A DNA stretch of 64,000 nt from Cladosporium halotolerans (GCF_011745625.1 NW_027191485.1:1-64000), one strand, 5' to 3'. Positions 45,909 through 58,614 are shown, counted from the stretch's first letter. Notes: generated by a model from the letters alone, not told the origin. Numbers and translations: made by a program.

Positions 45909-47603
45909 TCAACCCACACTATCCTTCAACAAATTTCCCGCCAACTCCTTCGCCTGGCTGTAATCAATCCTAACATCCACCAACGCAACGCCCTCAAACG
46001 CCAACGCCTCCTCCATAACTCTCTCCAGCTCCCCGGCCTCACTGACCCTGAACCCTCTGGCACCAAACGCCTCCGCCAACTTCACGAAATCGACCCCGCC
46101 CAGCGCGATGCCCGACGACCGCCCGTACTTCATCTCCTCCTGGAACTCGACCATGTTGAACGCCTCGTCGTTCCACACGAAGTGCGTGATGTTGCACTTC
46201 TGCTGCACGGCCGTCGCGAGCTCCTGCGCGCTGAACATGAAGCCGCCGTCGCCGGAGAGCGAGACGACTTTGGCGCTGCAGGGCGGGGACTGCGCGAGAG
46301 AGGCTGCGATCGCCCACGGCATGCCGACGCCGAGCGTCTGCTGCCCGTTGCTGCAGAGCAGGTGCCGCGGCTGGTACGCGCGGTAGTGCCGCATGATGTA
46401 GATGTAGACGGTGCCGACGTCGCAGGTGACGGTTGTCGAGGGCGAGACGCGCGCTTGCAGCGCGGAGACGAAGTGGAGGGGGTGCACGGGGCCGCCGGTG
46501 TTGGGTTTTGTGCTGTTGATTTGCTCGATTTGTGCCTTGGTTTCTTGCTGTAGGCGCTGGCAGAGAGGGTCGTCGGAGGGGTTGGTGACTTGTTTGACTT
46601 CGGAGGCGAGCGCGCGGAGCGTCTCCCGTACGGAGCCGAGGAGCTCGATGTCGGGGTGGTAGTAGGTGCCGAACTCGCAGGAGGTGTAGTCGATGTGCAC
46701 GATGGGAAGGTTGCCGGAGGGGTTCCAGGAGCTGGCGTCGTATTCTGTCGGATCATAGCCGAGGGTGAGAATGAGGTCGGAGTTCTGAAGGAGTCTGTCG
46801 CCGATCTGGTTGCGGAAGAGGCCGACGCGTCCGAAGAAGACCTTAGGTGCGAGTTCTTCGGAAATGGCGCCTGCGGCTTGGAAGGTCTCGATGACGGGGA
46901 TTGTGTGTTTGTCGAGGAACTTGTGCAGGGCCTCAACGACTATGTGGCTCGAGGCTCGCTGACCCAGGAAGAGGACTGGACGCTTTGCGTTCTCCAACAG
47001 CCTGGCGACTTTCTGAATGCTCTCTGGAGGAGCCGGGCCATACAGCGGTGCCTTGAAGGCAGAGGGCTGGAAGGCTGTGATCTTCGACTTGCCTGAAGCG
47101 ATGTCCATTGGTAACGACACAACGGCGCTGCCTTTGGGGCTGGTAGTCGCCGTCCGGAACGCTGCGAGTACAATCTCGGCTGCGACGTCCTCGACGTCAA
47201 TGTTCATGGCTGACTTGCTCGTGGGGCCAAGAATTTCCAGCGCTTTCATAGATTGGTGAGTGTGCTTTGTATTGAGCAGTCTCGGCACCGAACCGACGAT
47301 AGCGACCACAGGGTCACCTTCTGTCGTTGCTGTGACAAGGCCAGTGGTGAGGTTTCCCGCGCCAGGACCTGAAGTGGCAATACAGACACCAGGAACGCCA
47401 GTGATTCTGCCGGTTGCGGCAGCCATGAACGCCGCGTTCTGTTCATGGCGACATACTATGAGCTTGATCTCGGAGTGATCGCTGAGGGTGTCAAAGACGG
47501 CATCGACCTTGGCTCCTGGAATGCCGAAGACGGTTCGAACACCAGCATTGTACAGGCTGTCGACGATGATCTTGGCAACCTGCTGCTCGTTCTGAGACGC
47601 CAT
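45909..47603 (-). CDS. ThDP-dependent acetolactate synthase, catabolic (AlsS/BudB) type
   Basis: VFGIPGAKVDAVFD, CRHEQNAAFMA, TSGPG, THQS, FFGRVGLFRNQIGD, SNGQQTLGVGMPWAI, ThDP motif GDGGF...WND...NMVEFQEEMKYGR. Intronless; no obvious mitochondrial presequence. Confidence 0.9.
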   Translation of the reverse strand: MASQNEQQVAKIIVDSLYNAGVRTVFGIPGAKVDAVFDTLSDHSEIKLIVCRHEQNAAFMAAATGRITGVPGVCIATSGPGAGNLTTGLVTATTEGDPVVAIVGSVPRLLNTKHTHQSMKALEILGPTSKSAMNIDVEDVAAEIVLAAFRTATTSPKGSAVVSLPMDIASGKSKITAFQPSAFKAPLYGPAPPESIQKVARLLENAKRPVLFLGQRASSHIVVEALHKFLDKHTIPVIETFQAAGAISEELAPKVFFGRVGLFRNQIGDRLLQNSDLILTLGYDPTEYDASSWNPSGNLPIVHIDYTSCEFGTYYHPDIELLGSVRETLRALASEVKQVTNPSDDPLCQRLQQETKAQIEQINSTKPNTGGPVHPLHFVSALQARVSPSTTVTCDVGTVYIYIMRHYRAYQPRHLLCSNGQQTLGVGMPWAIAASLAQSPPCSAKVVSLSGDGGFMFSAQELATAVQQKCNITHFVWNDEAFNMVEFQEEMKYGRSSGIALGGVDFVKLAEAFGARGFRVSEAGELERVMEEALAFEGVALVDVRIDYSQAKELAGNLLKDSVG

Positions 47604-48518
47604 CTTTCGACTGCAACAACTCGGTACTGTCACTGGGGAGAATTAAGTTGAAGGGGGAAGCTTGTGTAAGGTAAGACGAGCACAGTATTACAGTTGCTGA
47701 GGATGCAGGCTGATGCAGCTCGTATGGCCGGGTCCGATACTATGCATCTAGACAAGTCGTCTCCATTCTCTTTGCCTTACTATGACGGTGTCGTTGACGG
47801 GCCGATTGACTTCCACGCTAACCCGGAGACTCGCTCGCTGTCCAGAGACCGAACAACGACCTGTCAGCGCTGATGTAATGATGGGCCGTGTCTCGTGCGT
47901 GCCGGACCTTCCGAAAACGCTCACGCTAGGGTTGGGGTTGGGGACCGCGGAAGGACTTTCAACACGTGCAGCGGAAGACGCCCGTCGTGCTCGACAAGAT
48001 GGTCCGAGCCTCCAAATGTTTTCACAGTAGATGCGGAAATTGCGCACAAGCGGCACCCGATTGTCCGGCCCGCACTGAGATTGCCGTTGCAGCTTCCGAC
48101 GGCTCTCATTTTGCAAAATTGGCTTCTCACCAGACAGTGACTAAGCCATGCGCTAAGCATTTGTCGCTCGCTGTGTGGCGTCGAGAGCTTCAAGTGTGAC
48201 GTCGGCGGAGAGCGTTGGCTGCGTCTGTGAAGTTTGGGGACGAGTCGGACGACTTCTTCGCCCTCTGCAATCGCCGCGGAGCCCCGACCGCCCGACAAAC
48301 CCGCCGGCGGCAAAGACGGCGCCTGAGAGTAAGGTAGACGTGTATCTGTACCTTGCTCTATAACCCTACCCTGGGCGTAGATCTTGGTGAGGGGCAATTT
48401 CTTCTCATCGTGCTTCTGTGTTTCTCCATCATTACACACCCTTTCACGGCGGATCTACACATCTGCTCCTGCCATTGGCGTTCTACACCAACACAGAGGA
48501 AGCGCTATATCCGTCAAC

Positions 48519-50734
48519 ATGAATAGCGAGGATGCGGCCAGGCTGAGGGCCGAACGAGACGCAAGCCCTTCGCGATGGCGGGACTACGATCCGAACGACA
48601 GCATACGCGACCGATGGTATGCCGAACACCCTTCGCCGCAACACCAAGCGGAAACAAACTGGCAAGATCATACAGCACAATCGGGACGAGAAGAGGCGGA
48701 GGATTTGGCCGCAGTCAGGCGCCAGACCAGCCACGCATCTACAAGCTCGAGCTCGAGTACTGGCTCAAGATCGAGCGTTGCGCGTCGCGTACCCACGACA
48801 CAGAGCATGCGCACAGTCTCGACAAGACAGGCGGAACAACAGATCTCTCGCATGAACACTGCGCAGCGAGACAGGGCTGTGTTTGCGTACCTCGAGCGAC
48901 ATCCCACCGCCATCAAGCGCATCGATGAGCATCGCCTTCAGCACTCGCAAACCGTTGGTACATCCCGAAGCAAACACACCGGAGAATGGCCGGATTTTGG
49001 TGGTGGGAAAGAGTATCCTCCGCTGTTACCGGATAGAGAGGAATACGTCGTTGAGTTCTCTGGCCATGATGATCCAATGCATCCACAAAACTGGGCGTTC
49101 AAGAAAAAGATGATCATCTTCACCGTCCTTGTATTCAACTCCCTCACCGCCACCTTTGCCTCGGCCGTCTTCTCGCCTGCGGGATCTACTGTCGGTATGC
49201 ATTTTGGAGTAGGCCAGCCGGTGGTGACGTTGGGAACATCTCTATTTGTGCTTGGCTACGCCGTTGGACCACTCTTCTGGGCTCCGTTTTCCGAATTGTA
49301 CGGAAGAAAACTGCCCGTGGTCATTGCTTCGACTGCCTTTGGCATCTTTATGATTGCGGTTGCAGTTGGAAAGGATATTCAGACAGTCCTTATCTGTCGC
49401 TTTTTTGCTGGGCTCTTCGGCTCGTGCGCACTGACCATCGTTCCGGCAGTCTTTTCTGACATTTTTTCCAACGAGGTATGCTTACATGACCTACATAAAG
49501 AGAGGTAATTGCTAACAATCCTAGTTACGTGGTCTCGCGATCGCCGCATTTTCAGCTTCGGTCTTCAACGGACCGCTGGCTGGCCCTTTGATCGGAGGAT
49601 TTATCACCAAGAGCTACCTTGGATGGCGCTGGACTCAATACATTCCGGCATTCATGGCCTTTTCCTGCGCCATCCTGGCTCTGTTCTTCTTGGAAGAGTC
49701 CTATCCTCCTATCATCCTCGTCTCCAAGGCGAGTGAGCTTCGTCGAATGACTCGCAACTGGGGCATTCACGCCAAACAAGAGGAAGTCGAAGTCGACTTG
49801 AAGGAGCTCGTTACCAAGAACGTCAGCAGACCTCTTCGAATTTTGTTCGGAGAGCCAATTGTCCTACTTGTCTCGATTTACGTAAGTCCATCACCATAGA
49901 GTACATGTTTGCGCATGGAACACTAACAGGATACGCAGATGTCTTTCGTCTACGGCATGCTCTACCTGTCTTTGACAGCATACAGCATTGTCTTTGGTCA
50001 GATTCACGGGATGAGCCCGGGTGTCTCTGGTCTGCCGTACATTGGCATGATCATCGGTGTGATGATCGGCTTCTTTGCGGTAGTGGTCACCAACCCTGGC
50101 TACGTCAAGAAACTGAAGGCCAACAACAATATCCCGGTCCCCGAATGGCGTCTATTCTGGCCCATGCTCGGTGGTATCTCCTTCACGGTTGGCCTGTTTT
50201 GGTTCGGCTGGACTGGCTACACCGCCAGCATCCCATGGATTGTGCCGACTCTCGCAGGCCTTTGCCTTGGCTTCGGCATCTACACCATTTTCTTGCAGCT
50301 GATGAACTACATCATCGACTCCTACCTGATGTTCGCAGCCTCCGCCATCGCTGGAAACACTATGCTGCGAAGTCTTTGCGGTTTTGCTTTCCCTATGTTC
50401 GCCACTCAGATGTATAACGGTAAGCATCACACCTTCCGGTGTTTCCACACATTTGGCTAATACTTTCCTAGGCATCGGTATCAACTGGGGCATGACCGTC
50501 TGTGGTTGCTTCTCCGCCCTGCTTATTCCCATGCCTTTCATTTTCTTCTTCTTTGGCAAGAAGATTCGGGCGAAATCCAACTTCGCACCGGCTCCTGATC
50601 TCAAGCAGGAGAGGCAGCGCGCTGATGAGGAGGCTGGAGCGACCGTTGGACACACGGGATCAGAGGCCGCCGAAGCCCCTAAGATTGGCATGAGCTCTAG
50701 CGACGACAGCTCGAACGAGAAGAGAGAGGCTTGA
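48519..50734 (+). CDS. MFS drug:H+ antiporter (DHA1 family); introns 49476-49524, 49882-49938, 50420-50471
   Basis: DDPMHPQNW, GPLFWAPFSELYGRK, WRWT, EESYPP, RPLRILFGEP, PEWRL, YIIDSY..AASA.A; all three introns have canonical splice sites. Confidence 0.93.
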
Positions 50735-50894
50735 TTGTTGAGCAAGCAAGTCGTGTACTATTTGTTTACATTCATACAGCACTCTTCTACAGGATAGACT
50801 GGAGAAGATAGAGGCACATAAAGAGTTTAATAATGTCATGCAGGACAAATAATGTCATCCAAATTAACTATTGCGCAAACGCTCTCACACCACA

Positions 50895-51820
50895 CTACTT
50901 CCTCCCAATCGCCAACAAAGACCGTCCGGAAAGCTCTCCCGGCGCATTCGGACAATACTCCCTACAAAGCTTCGTCGCCGCCTCCCTATACCTCCCCATC
51001 TCCTCCTCGGACAAATCCTTCGTCACAGCCACAATATGCGGCAGCTTCGTCAACAACCACTCCACCAGCGTCTCGTGCCTCTCAAACTGCATCTTAACCG
51101 CCACCTTCTCACACACCACCTCCCGAAAACCCGCCCTCTCCAACTCCCCCTTCAACAATCCCGCATCACTCCACGCCTTCGGCAGCTCCGGCAACTTCAA
51201 ATCTGGCCTCACGCCCTTCAGCGTGTTCATCACATCCAGCCACTCGCTGCCCTCCCACGCCGTGCACGCCAGCACGCCCCCCGGAGCCAGCACGCGCAGC
51301 GACTCAGACAGGCACTTGTTCGGGTCCGCCGTCATGAAGTACACCCAGCCGGCCAGAACGTGGCTCTGCGACCCGTCCGCCACGCCCTGCAAGTCCATCG
51401 CGTCGAGCACTTTCGTCTGCACGCGCTGCCAACCCTCCTCGCCGGCCGCGAGCGCGCGAGCTTTAGCCTCATCGACTTGCTTAACCATCCCCTCGCTGAA
51501 GTCTGCTGCGAGGATGGGGCAGGAGGCCGGGAGCTCGGCGCCGTGGGTCTCGAGGAGCGCGGCGGTGATGGGGCCGGGCCCGCAACCGTTGTCGAGGATT
51601 GCGGTGGCTTGGGCGAAGGGGAGGGTGGCGTTTGTGCGGCTGAGGAGAGACTTGATGGAGGCGGTGGCGGGGCCGGAGGAGAAGGATTTGTATTCGGCGG
51701 CGAGGGCGTCCCAGTCGGTGCCTTTGGCTGGATGGGGGTTAGTAGGGTTGTGGGATGGGAGTGGGGATGGGTAGGGGGTATAGGAGACGGACTGTCTTGG
51801 AGTTTGAAATCGGTCGGCAT
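50895..51820 (-). CDS. Class I SAM-dependent methyltransferase; intron 51728-51792
   Basis: Spliced motif I ILDNGCGPG, then ILAADFSEGMV, LDAMDL and RVLAPGGVL. Confidence 0.85.
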
Positions 51821-52479
51821 GATGGTGGAGAGAGGAGGTTTGGCTAGTGTTGGGTTTGGGATGATTGTGGTGAGGAAGTGAAGTCTGCGGACGAGTTTGG
51901 AAGCTATGTTGGAGATAGTGTTGTCAAATGATCACAAGATGTCCTTTTATGAATACAAGGCAAAGCCGTGTGGTTGGCATATACTGCAAGCTTTATAGAT
52001 GGCCTCCACAATCTGTTGCGCGAAAGTCGCCCTCTCGGAGCATTCTGATATTCAGCTCGGAGACTTTCTGACTACGCGAGCGAGAGCTGAGATTTTGCGT
52101 AAGCAAGTGTCCGAACGTGGCAAGGTCCTTGAGCCATTATGGTCAGCAAGTCAAGTACATTGACCATTATAGTCGTTTTACTGGAGCGTAATGTCGCTAG
52201 CTTGGGGTGGGACTCGAAGAAGTGAGGTCGGTTTGTTGCGGGGACCTTTTGGCTGAAAGAAAGCGGACTTTGGCCTGTGTTCCACCTGCCGTATCCGCCA
52301 ACATCAGGAGCTTGAGATGCTGCCTATAATCGGGAGGTAGTTACCTGAGATGTGGCAGGAATCTACTGTTTGTGATACACATGCTAATCTAAAAGCAACG
52401 GCGTCTGCCGCGCACGAAACGCCACGCTCCATTATTCCCACGCCGCCTCTCAAACCGCCAGATATCATACACGTGAGCC

Positions 52480-53853
52480 TTAGTTGTACTGGGCGTAGGC
52501 CGCAGTCGAGTTGAACTTCAGGCCGCCGCGGATGACCTTCTCCACGGCGCTGAGGAAGTCCTTCTCGGTGGCCACCTTTCTCCTCGCGCGAATGGCGAAC
52601 ATGCCCGCTTCGGTCGCGACTGACCGCAGCTCGGCACCGGTGCTGTTGGGACACAGGCGCGAGATAAGCTCCCATCTGATGTCACGCTCGACGCTCATGC
52701 TCTTCGCGTGGATACGGAGAATGTTGGCGCGGCCTTCCATGTCGGGAAGAGAGAACTCGATCTTTCTGTCGATACGGCCGGGTCTCATGAGCGCAGGGTC
52801 CAGAGTCGAGGGCCTGTTGGTTGCGAACATGACCTTGATGTTGCCTCTGCTGTCGAAACCGTCGAGCTGTGTGATAAGTTCCAGCATAGTGCGCTGCACC
52901 TCATTGTCACCACCCGCGCCGTCATCAAAACGGGCACCTCCAACAGCGTCGATCTCGTCGAAGAAGATAATGCAAGCCTTCTTCGTGCGAGCCATCTCGA
53001 AAAGCTCGCGGACCATGCGGGCACCCTCACCGACGTACTTCTGCACCAGCTCAGAACCAATGACACGAATGAAAGTGGCGTCTGTTCTATTTGCGACCGC
53101 ACGAGCGCAAAGAGTCTTACCGGTACCCGGAGGACCGTAGAGGAGAGCACCCTTAGGCGGGTCGATACCGAGATTGACAAAGCGCTCTGGTGAGAGCAAG
53201 GGCATCTCAACGACCTCACGCAGCTTCTCGATTTGCTCCTTGCAGCCACCAACGTCGCCATATGTAACATCGGGCTTGTCCTCGACCGTCATCATGGTAA
53301 CGCTAGGGTCAATCTTGGGCGGAAGCGGGAGCATGATCTGGTACTTGTTGCGGTCGACACCAACGCGCATGCCCTCCTCGATATCCGTAGGACTCACGCG
53401 CTCGCCCAGGTTCACGACGAACTTCGCGATCTGCTTGACGTTGATAACGTACTTGCTCTTCTCGCTGTCTTTCTCGTCCGGGATGATCTTGGTGCATCGT
53501 GCGACTTGTAAGGGCTGCTCTTCGCTCATGCGTTGTCGGTCGGCTGCAATGTCCCATAGATGCGGCGGCGCAAGACCTGTGTCCGACTCTTTCACGCCGA
53601 TCTTCTCATTTACTGATGTTTGCTTGTCCTTGATGTCTTTCTCGAGTTGCTTGAGGGCTGTGGCGTAAGGTGCGGAGTTGTATGTCTTGAGGACCTGGAT
53701 ATCTCTGCGATCACGTGTTAACGGCTATCGATCTCGGCGATCGTATGGCGGCACATACTCGTCTGTGAGAGGCGCGATCTTCTTCTCCTCCTTCTCATCG
53801 TCGTCAAAGCTCTTCTGGTGCTTCTCCCAGTTGGCGCCCCTCGCGGAAGGCAT
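52480..53853 (-). CDS. RPT1: 26S proteasome regulatory AAA ATPase subunit 7 (Rpt1); intron 53705-53758
   Basis: [66 protein letters not shown]-terminus [11 protein letters not shown]. Confidence 0.97.
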
Positions 53854-54269
53854 CGTGTTGGTTGGTGGCTATGTGACGGGCTGGGCGCTCAAATGAAGGC
53901 AGTTCCGTGGGATGTTCAGAGTTTGCAGTGCTCTGGAGTCTCGAAGTAAGAATTCCGAAATCCAGATGTCACGGGTTGTGGTAAGATTGGTGGTGTGAGG
54001 TGCAGAGCCGATGGGCGATGATGATGATGTTTGTAGACCAGCGAACAGCTGCAAGGCGACCGGAGGAGTGACGGCAGCACGTCTGAGGCTCAGCGGGATC
54101 AGCCGCGGCCCCCGCGCCCGAGCTTGAGAAATCGCGAGGGCTGCTGGAAATCCGCGCTGGGGATGAGGGACACGGCCAGGTAAACGAAACACACCACGTC
54201 CACCGGTACCCTCCGCGGAACGTCCTTCAATACCTCGCTACCCAGCCGGACGACACATAATTGTTCAAC

Positions 54270-55895
54270 ATGGCGCAAGGCGCCCCCAACCCTAACGCTG
54301 GCAACAACTCCTTCAAGGACAAGGAAAAGCCCACTGCCGTCCGCACTGCCAACATCACCGCCGCGAGAGCAGTCGCAGATGCGATTAGAACTTCTCTCGG
54401 CCCTAGGGGCATGGATAAGATGATCCAGACTGGCAAGGGCGAGACAATCATCACCAACGACGGCAACACTATGCTCAGGGACATGAGTGTGATGCACCCC
54501 GCTGCGAAGATGCTGGTCGACCTTGCGAACGCTCAGGATATCGAGGCTGGTGACGGAACCACGAGTGTTGTCGTTATCTGCGGTTCATTGCTGGGTGCGG
54601 CCGAGAAGCTGCTGGCGAAGGGTATCCACCCCACCATCATCAGCGAGTCTTTCCAGAGAGCGGCCGCTGAGGCTGTCAAGGTGCTCGAGGGCATCTCCAC
54701 TCCTATCAACATGGCCGACAGACAGACTCTCCTCAAGGCTGCATCTACCTCTCTTTCCTCGAAGATTGTCTCGCAAGAACCGAAGCTGGCTCCCATGGCT
54801 GTCGACGCTGTCCTCCGGACGATCAACCCCAACAACGCACAGAACGTCGACCTCAGGAATATCAGGATTCTCAAGAAGGCGGGCGGTGTCATTGACGACA
54901 GTGAGATGGTGGACGGTCTCGTTCTGCAGCAGCAGGTGGTCAAGAGCGCGGGTGGTCCCACACGGATAGAGAAGGCCAGGATCGGCCTCATTCAGTTCCA
55001 GTTGAGCCCGCCTAAGCCTGACATGGAGAACCAGATCGTGGTCAACGACTACAGGCAGATGGACAAGATTCTGAAGGAAGAGCGCACCTACCTGCTGAAC
55101 ATGGTCAAGAAGATCAAGAAGGCCAAGTGTAACGTGCTCCTCATTCAGAAGAGCATTCTGCGCGACGCCGTGAACGACCTTTCTCTTCACTTCCTCTACA
55201 AGCTTGGCATTATGGTTGTCAAGGACATTGAGCGCGACGAGGTGGAGTTCATTTGCAAGTCTACTGGCTGCAAGCCCATTGCGGACATCGACAGCTTTAC
55301 CGAGGACAAGCTGGGCTCGGCGGACCTCATCGAGGAGACCAGCAGCCTGGGCTCAAGAATCACGAGAATCACTGGCATCAAGCAGACCAACCCCACTGCC
55401 GCGAAGACCGTCTCCATCGTCGCTCGCGGCGCCAACCAGCTCATTCTCGACGAGGCTGAGCGCAGTCTACACGACGCTATGTGCGTCATCCGTTGTTTGG
55501 TGAAGAAGCGTGCCCTCCTGCCTGGTGGTGGTTCGCCTGAGATGGCGGTCTCCACTCACCTCGGCAAGGTCGCTACCACTGCTCCTTACCCCGACAGCAT
55601 CTGCTGGAAGGCGTTCGCCGATGCGTTGGAGCTGGTGCCTGTCACGCTTGCCGAGAACGCAGGTCTGAACAGCATCAAGGTCGTTACGGAGCTGAGAGCG
55701 CGACACGCCAAGGGCGAAACCAACGTAGGCGTGTCCATCAAGCGCGGCGGTGTCGGCATCATGGGTGGAGAGGACAAGAACATGGCCGGCGAGGGCGTCA
55801 TGCAGCCGCTGCTCGTCAGCACCAGCGCCATCGAGCTGGCCAGCGAGACGGTGAAGATGATTCTCAGAATTGACGACATTGCCCTGTCGAGATAG
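54270..55895 (+). CDS. CCT4: T-complex protein 1 subunit delta
   Basis: [68 protein letters not shown]. Confidence 0.96.
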   Translation: MAQGAPNPNAGNNSFKDKEKPTAVRTANITAARAVADAIRTSLGPRGMDKMIQTGKGETIITNDGNTMLRDMSVMHPAAKMLVDLANAQDIEAGDGTTSVVVICGSLLGAAEKLLAKGIHPTIISESFQRAAAEAVKVLEGISTPINMADRQTLLKAASTSLSSKIVSQEPKLAPMAVDAVLRTINPNNAQNVDLRNIRILKKAGGVIDDSEMVDGLVLQQQVVKSAGGPTRIEKARIGLIQFQLSPPKPDMENQIVVNDYRQMDKILKEERTYLLNMVKKIKKAKCNVLLIQKSILRDAVNDLSLHFLYKLGIMVVKDIERDEVEFICKSTGCKPIADIDSFTEDKLGSADLIEETSSLGSRITRITGIKQTNPTAAKTVSIVARGANQLILDEAERSLHDAMCVIRCLVKKRALLPGGGSPEMAVSTHLGKVATTAPYPDSICWKAFADALELVPVTLAENAGLNSIKVVTELRARHAKGETNVGVSIKRGGVGIMGGEDKNMAGEGVMQPLLVSTSAIELASETVKMILRIDDIALSR

Positions 55896-57262
55896 AGTAG
55901 CCGACAGACGTGAAACGGAAGAAACATACTGTATGACAAATTTCGCGGCGTCTTGCAACGCAGCTTAGTCCTTTGCCTTTCAGCTCTCCTTTATTCGATG
56001 CTTCCTTACCCTCTGCTTTCGTGGTCGTTCGAGCCCATCTTGGCTTGGGCTTGGGCTTGGAGGGGGCCGCTAAGACTGATGCCTTGGAGCAGCTCATCGT
56101 CGTCGCCATCACCGCTGTCGATATCAACGGATGTCGCCGACAAGTAAGTAGTCCATTGATACTGACCATTCGCCAATCGGAACTCATTTTGCCTAGGTGT
56201 GATTGACAGTTGCAATGGTATAAGCCACGGCCGGCGGTTGCCACCGGCTTTACCTCCAACCTTATCTCTGCCTTGCCATGCGGTATCTGCACTATGAAAC
56301 TCTACGCACGTGTTCTCGTGATGGAGTCGCTTGAAGGTCATTCGCTAGCCTGCTGTAAGGCGACGCTTGGGCTGCGCCGGGCATCTTCTCTGCATCTTCC
56401 CTTGCAGCACGTTGCACCAGACATGCGCCAACCGACAGCCCCGGCCGGTCACGAGTGTCCGAGTGACCGGTGTAACGGGCATGTATAACCAAGGCAAGCT
56501 TTCTCTCTGGTGTGCTCCGCGGCATCCCACTGCCTCCGGTCAGGTCTCGGCTAGGCAGGCCGATGTCAGAACGCTCTCCCGTCCGCCGAGCGATGCCAGC
56601 ACACCCTCTCAGCCACCCACCCCGGCCGTATGACGGCGAGGTGCACCGAGTCAACTGATGCAAAGGCTCGGCTACTGTCTCCAGCCCGAGGTGACTTTCA
56701 GCTCTGAGAGCTCTCAGCTCGCAAGCGCCGGGCGAGCTCCCCGCATGTTCACGTGTCGCGCTCATCGCTCACTACTGCAGCATCGGACCCATCTCTCCAA
56801 TACCAACGACCATACACTTCCCACGCACCCGGCTCCGATCCCGGGAGCTGTACCCTATGACTCCTGCATGCATGCTGTCGGTATTAGCCTTGTGAATCGC
56901 TGCTAGTGGGCGGCATTATGTCTTGTGCCGAGGTGTGCCTTGCTAGCACTGAGGTAGGTTGTTTATGATATGACGCGATGTCGGCGTGCGAGGGATCCTT
57001 CGACGTGTGGTATATGAGCTCTGAGCTTGGGAGAAGGGCTCCCTTCTTTTCTTTTCCAAACCACACTTCCAACCCACCACAATATACCTCACATCAGCTT
57101 GCAGCAATTTTAGACTTACAACGGACTGGCCTGTATCAGCGTTTCGTTCCACAGACGAGGCAGTGGTACTAAACCACAGCTTCGATCGACAGCTCCCGTC
57201 AGCTTCTATCGCTCAACAGCATCACGGAACTATAACACCGTCCTCGGAGGCTATCATTCAAC

Positions 57263-58018
57263 ATGTCTACTCCAAACCAAGACCAACTGATGAGATCCTT
57301 GTTCATGGACATGTGTCCGAAGCGCGTTCCAGCCGAAGGCGACCGATACAGGAAACCACAGTTCAACGAAGCCATTTGCGGCTGCAGCTGTGGATGCTCA
57401 TGCTGCCAGAACCGCGACAAGGATAGTGACAGCCAGTACCAGTCTGGTACATCTTCGCCAGTTCGCGGCCGCTCGCGAACGCCTAAGGACGACTGTACCA
57501 ACGGCAACGGCAAGCCGATCGACTCCCGTCCAGTTCCAAGGGCAGTCGAAACATCTCACGTTCACAAAGCCGCTTCATCAGTGGATGGCCAAGAGGGTCT
57601 AGCAGGCTACCAGCAGGAGAAGCTCCCAGCTGTCTCCGCCAAACACGCAGACTTCCGTCCTCAAGACGCGATTGAGCAATGGCTCGCTCATCACCAGCTT
57701 CCGGACCAAGCATACTGCTTCCCTGCTTCACCGGAAGCTTCTATGCTCGTTGAGGCCACCAACGTCGCTCCAAGCCTTACATCTTCTGGTGTGCTGCCAC
57801 CGCTTGCAGCTTCCTCCAGCGATCTCGTCAGGTTCTCTGGAACTGGATTCGAAGATGTCCGAGGCCCAATGCAGACACCGACGTGTGCTTTCACGCCCCT
57901 GTGGCTGAACCATGAACTGAGATACTGCCGCAACTTGAGGTTTGGAGATGTCATGGGGCCTGCTGCAGGATACCCGGCTACGCTCGAGATGGAGGACGAT
58001 GAGATGATAGACGTTTGA
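57263..58018 (+). CDS. Hypothetical protein (251 aa) with CGCSCGCSCC motif
   Basis: ATG-initiated ORF with a Cys cluster, followed by a T-rich 3' region; no family recognised. Confidence 0.45.
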   Translation: MSTPNQDQLMRSLFMDMCPKRVPAEGDRYRKPQFNEAICGCSCGCSCCQNRDKDSDSQYQSGTSSPVRGRSRTPKDDCTNGNGKPIDSRPVPRAVETSHVHKAASSVDGQEGLAGYQQEKLPAVSAKHADFRPQDAIEQWLAHHQLPDQAYCFPASPEASMLVEATNVAPSLTSSGVLPPLAASSSDLVRFSGTGFEDVRGPMQTPTCAFTPLWLNHELRYCRNLRFGDVMGPAAGYPATLEMEDDEMIDV

Positions 58019-58614
58019 GTACATTTGGACGAGACTGTCACGGCCATACCCGAGTGAGCTTCCGTTTTTTTTTGAGCGATTACTGTACGATCTGACGGCC
58101 TTACTTTCATTGTCATTACTTTTCGTTGCTTGCCTTGCTTTTGTGGTAGAGCGTTCTGCATCGGAGAGTGTATTAGCTAGATTTCAAGATATGTATTAGC
58201 ACGCAGACAAACGCTATGTTCAGCAGATGTATTTCTCCGCTTCTACTGTCCCGGCAAAACCTTCATACGTCCATCCGTATGCTGACTTTGGCAAGTATGG
58301 TGCCTGCCTTTACAAGCCGATGTGGCCTTCCACCCAGGCGTCGTGATAATAAGGCAAGCACTCTTCCTATTTTAAGGTAGTCCAGCTCGAGATTTGTTCC
58401 CCAGAAAGTCGACATTGATCGGGAAAGTACCATGTGGTAGTTGCTTGCAAATGTTTCTGATCGACGGCATGGCATGCACGCAATGCAATCGACACATCAA
58501 TACCACGCATCTCACGTCCATCCTTCGATTCTTACCACCGCGCGCGACTGCAATTATTGTGGTAGTCGATACTTCCTTACAAGCGATTGGTTGAAACTTC
58601 GCTAGAAACACAAG

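Noticed and set aside
47604..48518. Possible TPP riboswitch near the ThDP-dependent enzyme
   Set aside because: A CTGAGA is present, but the downstream conserved TPP aptamer core is not.
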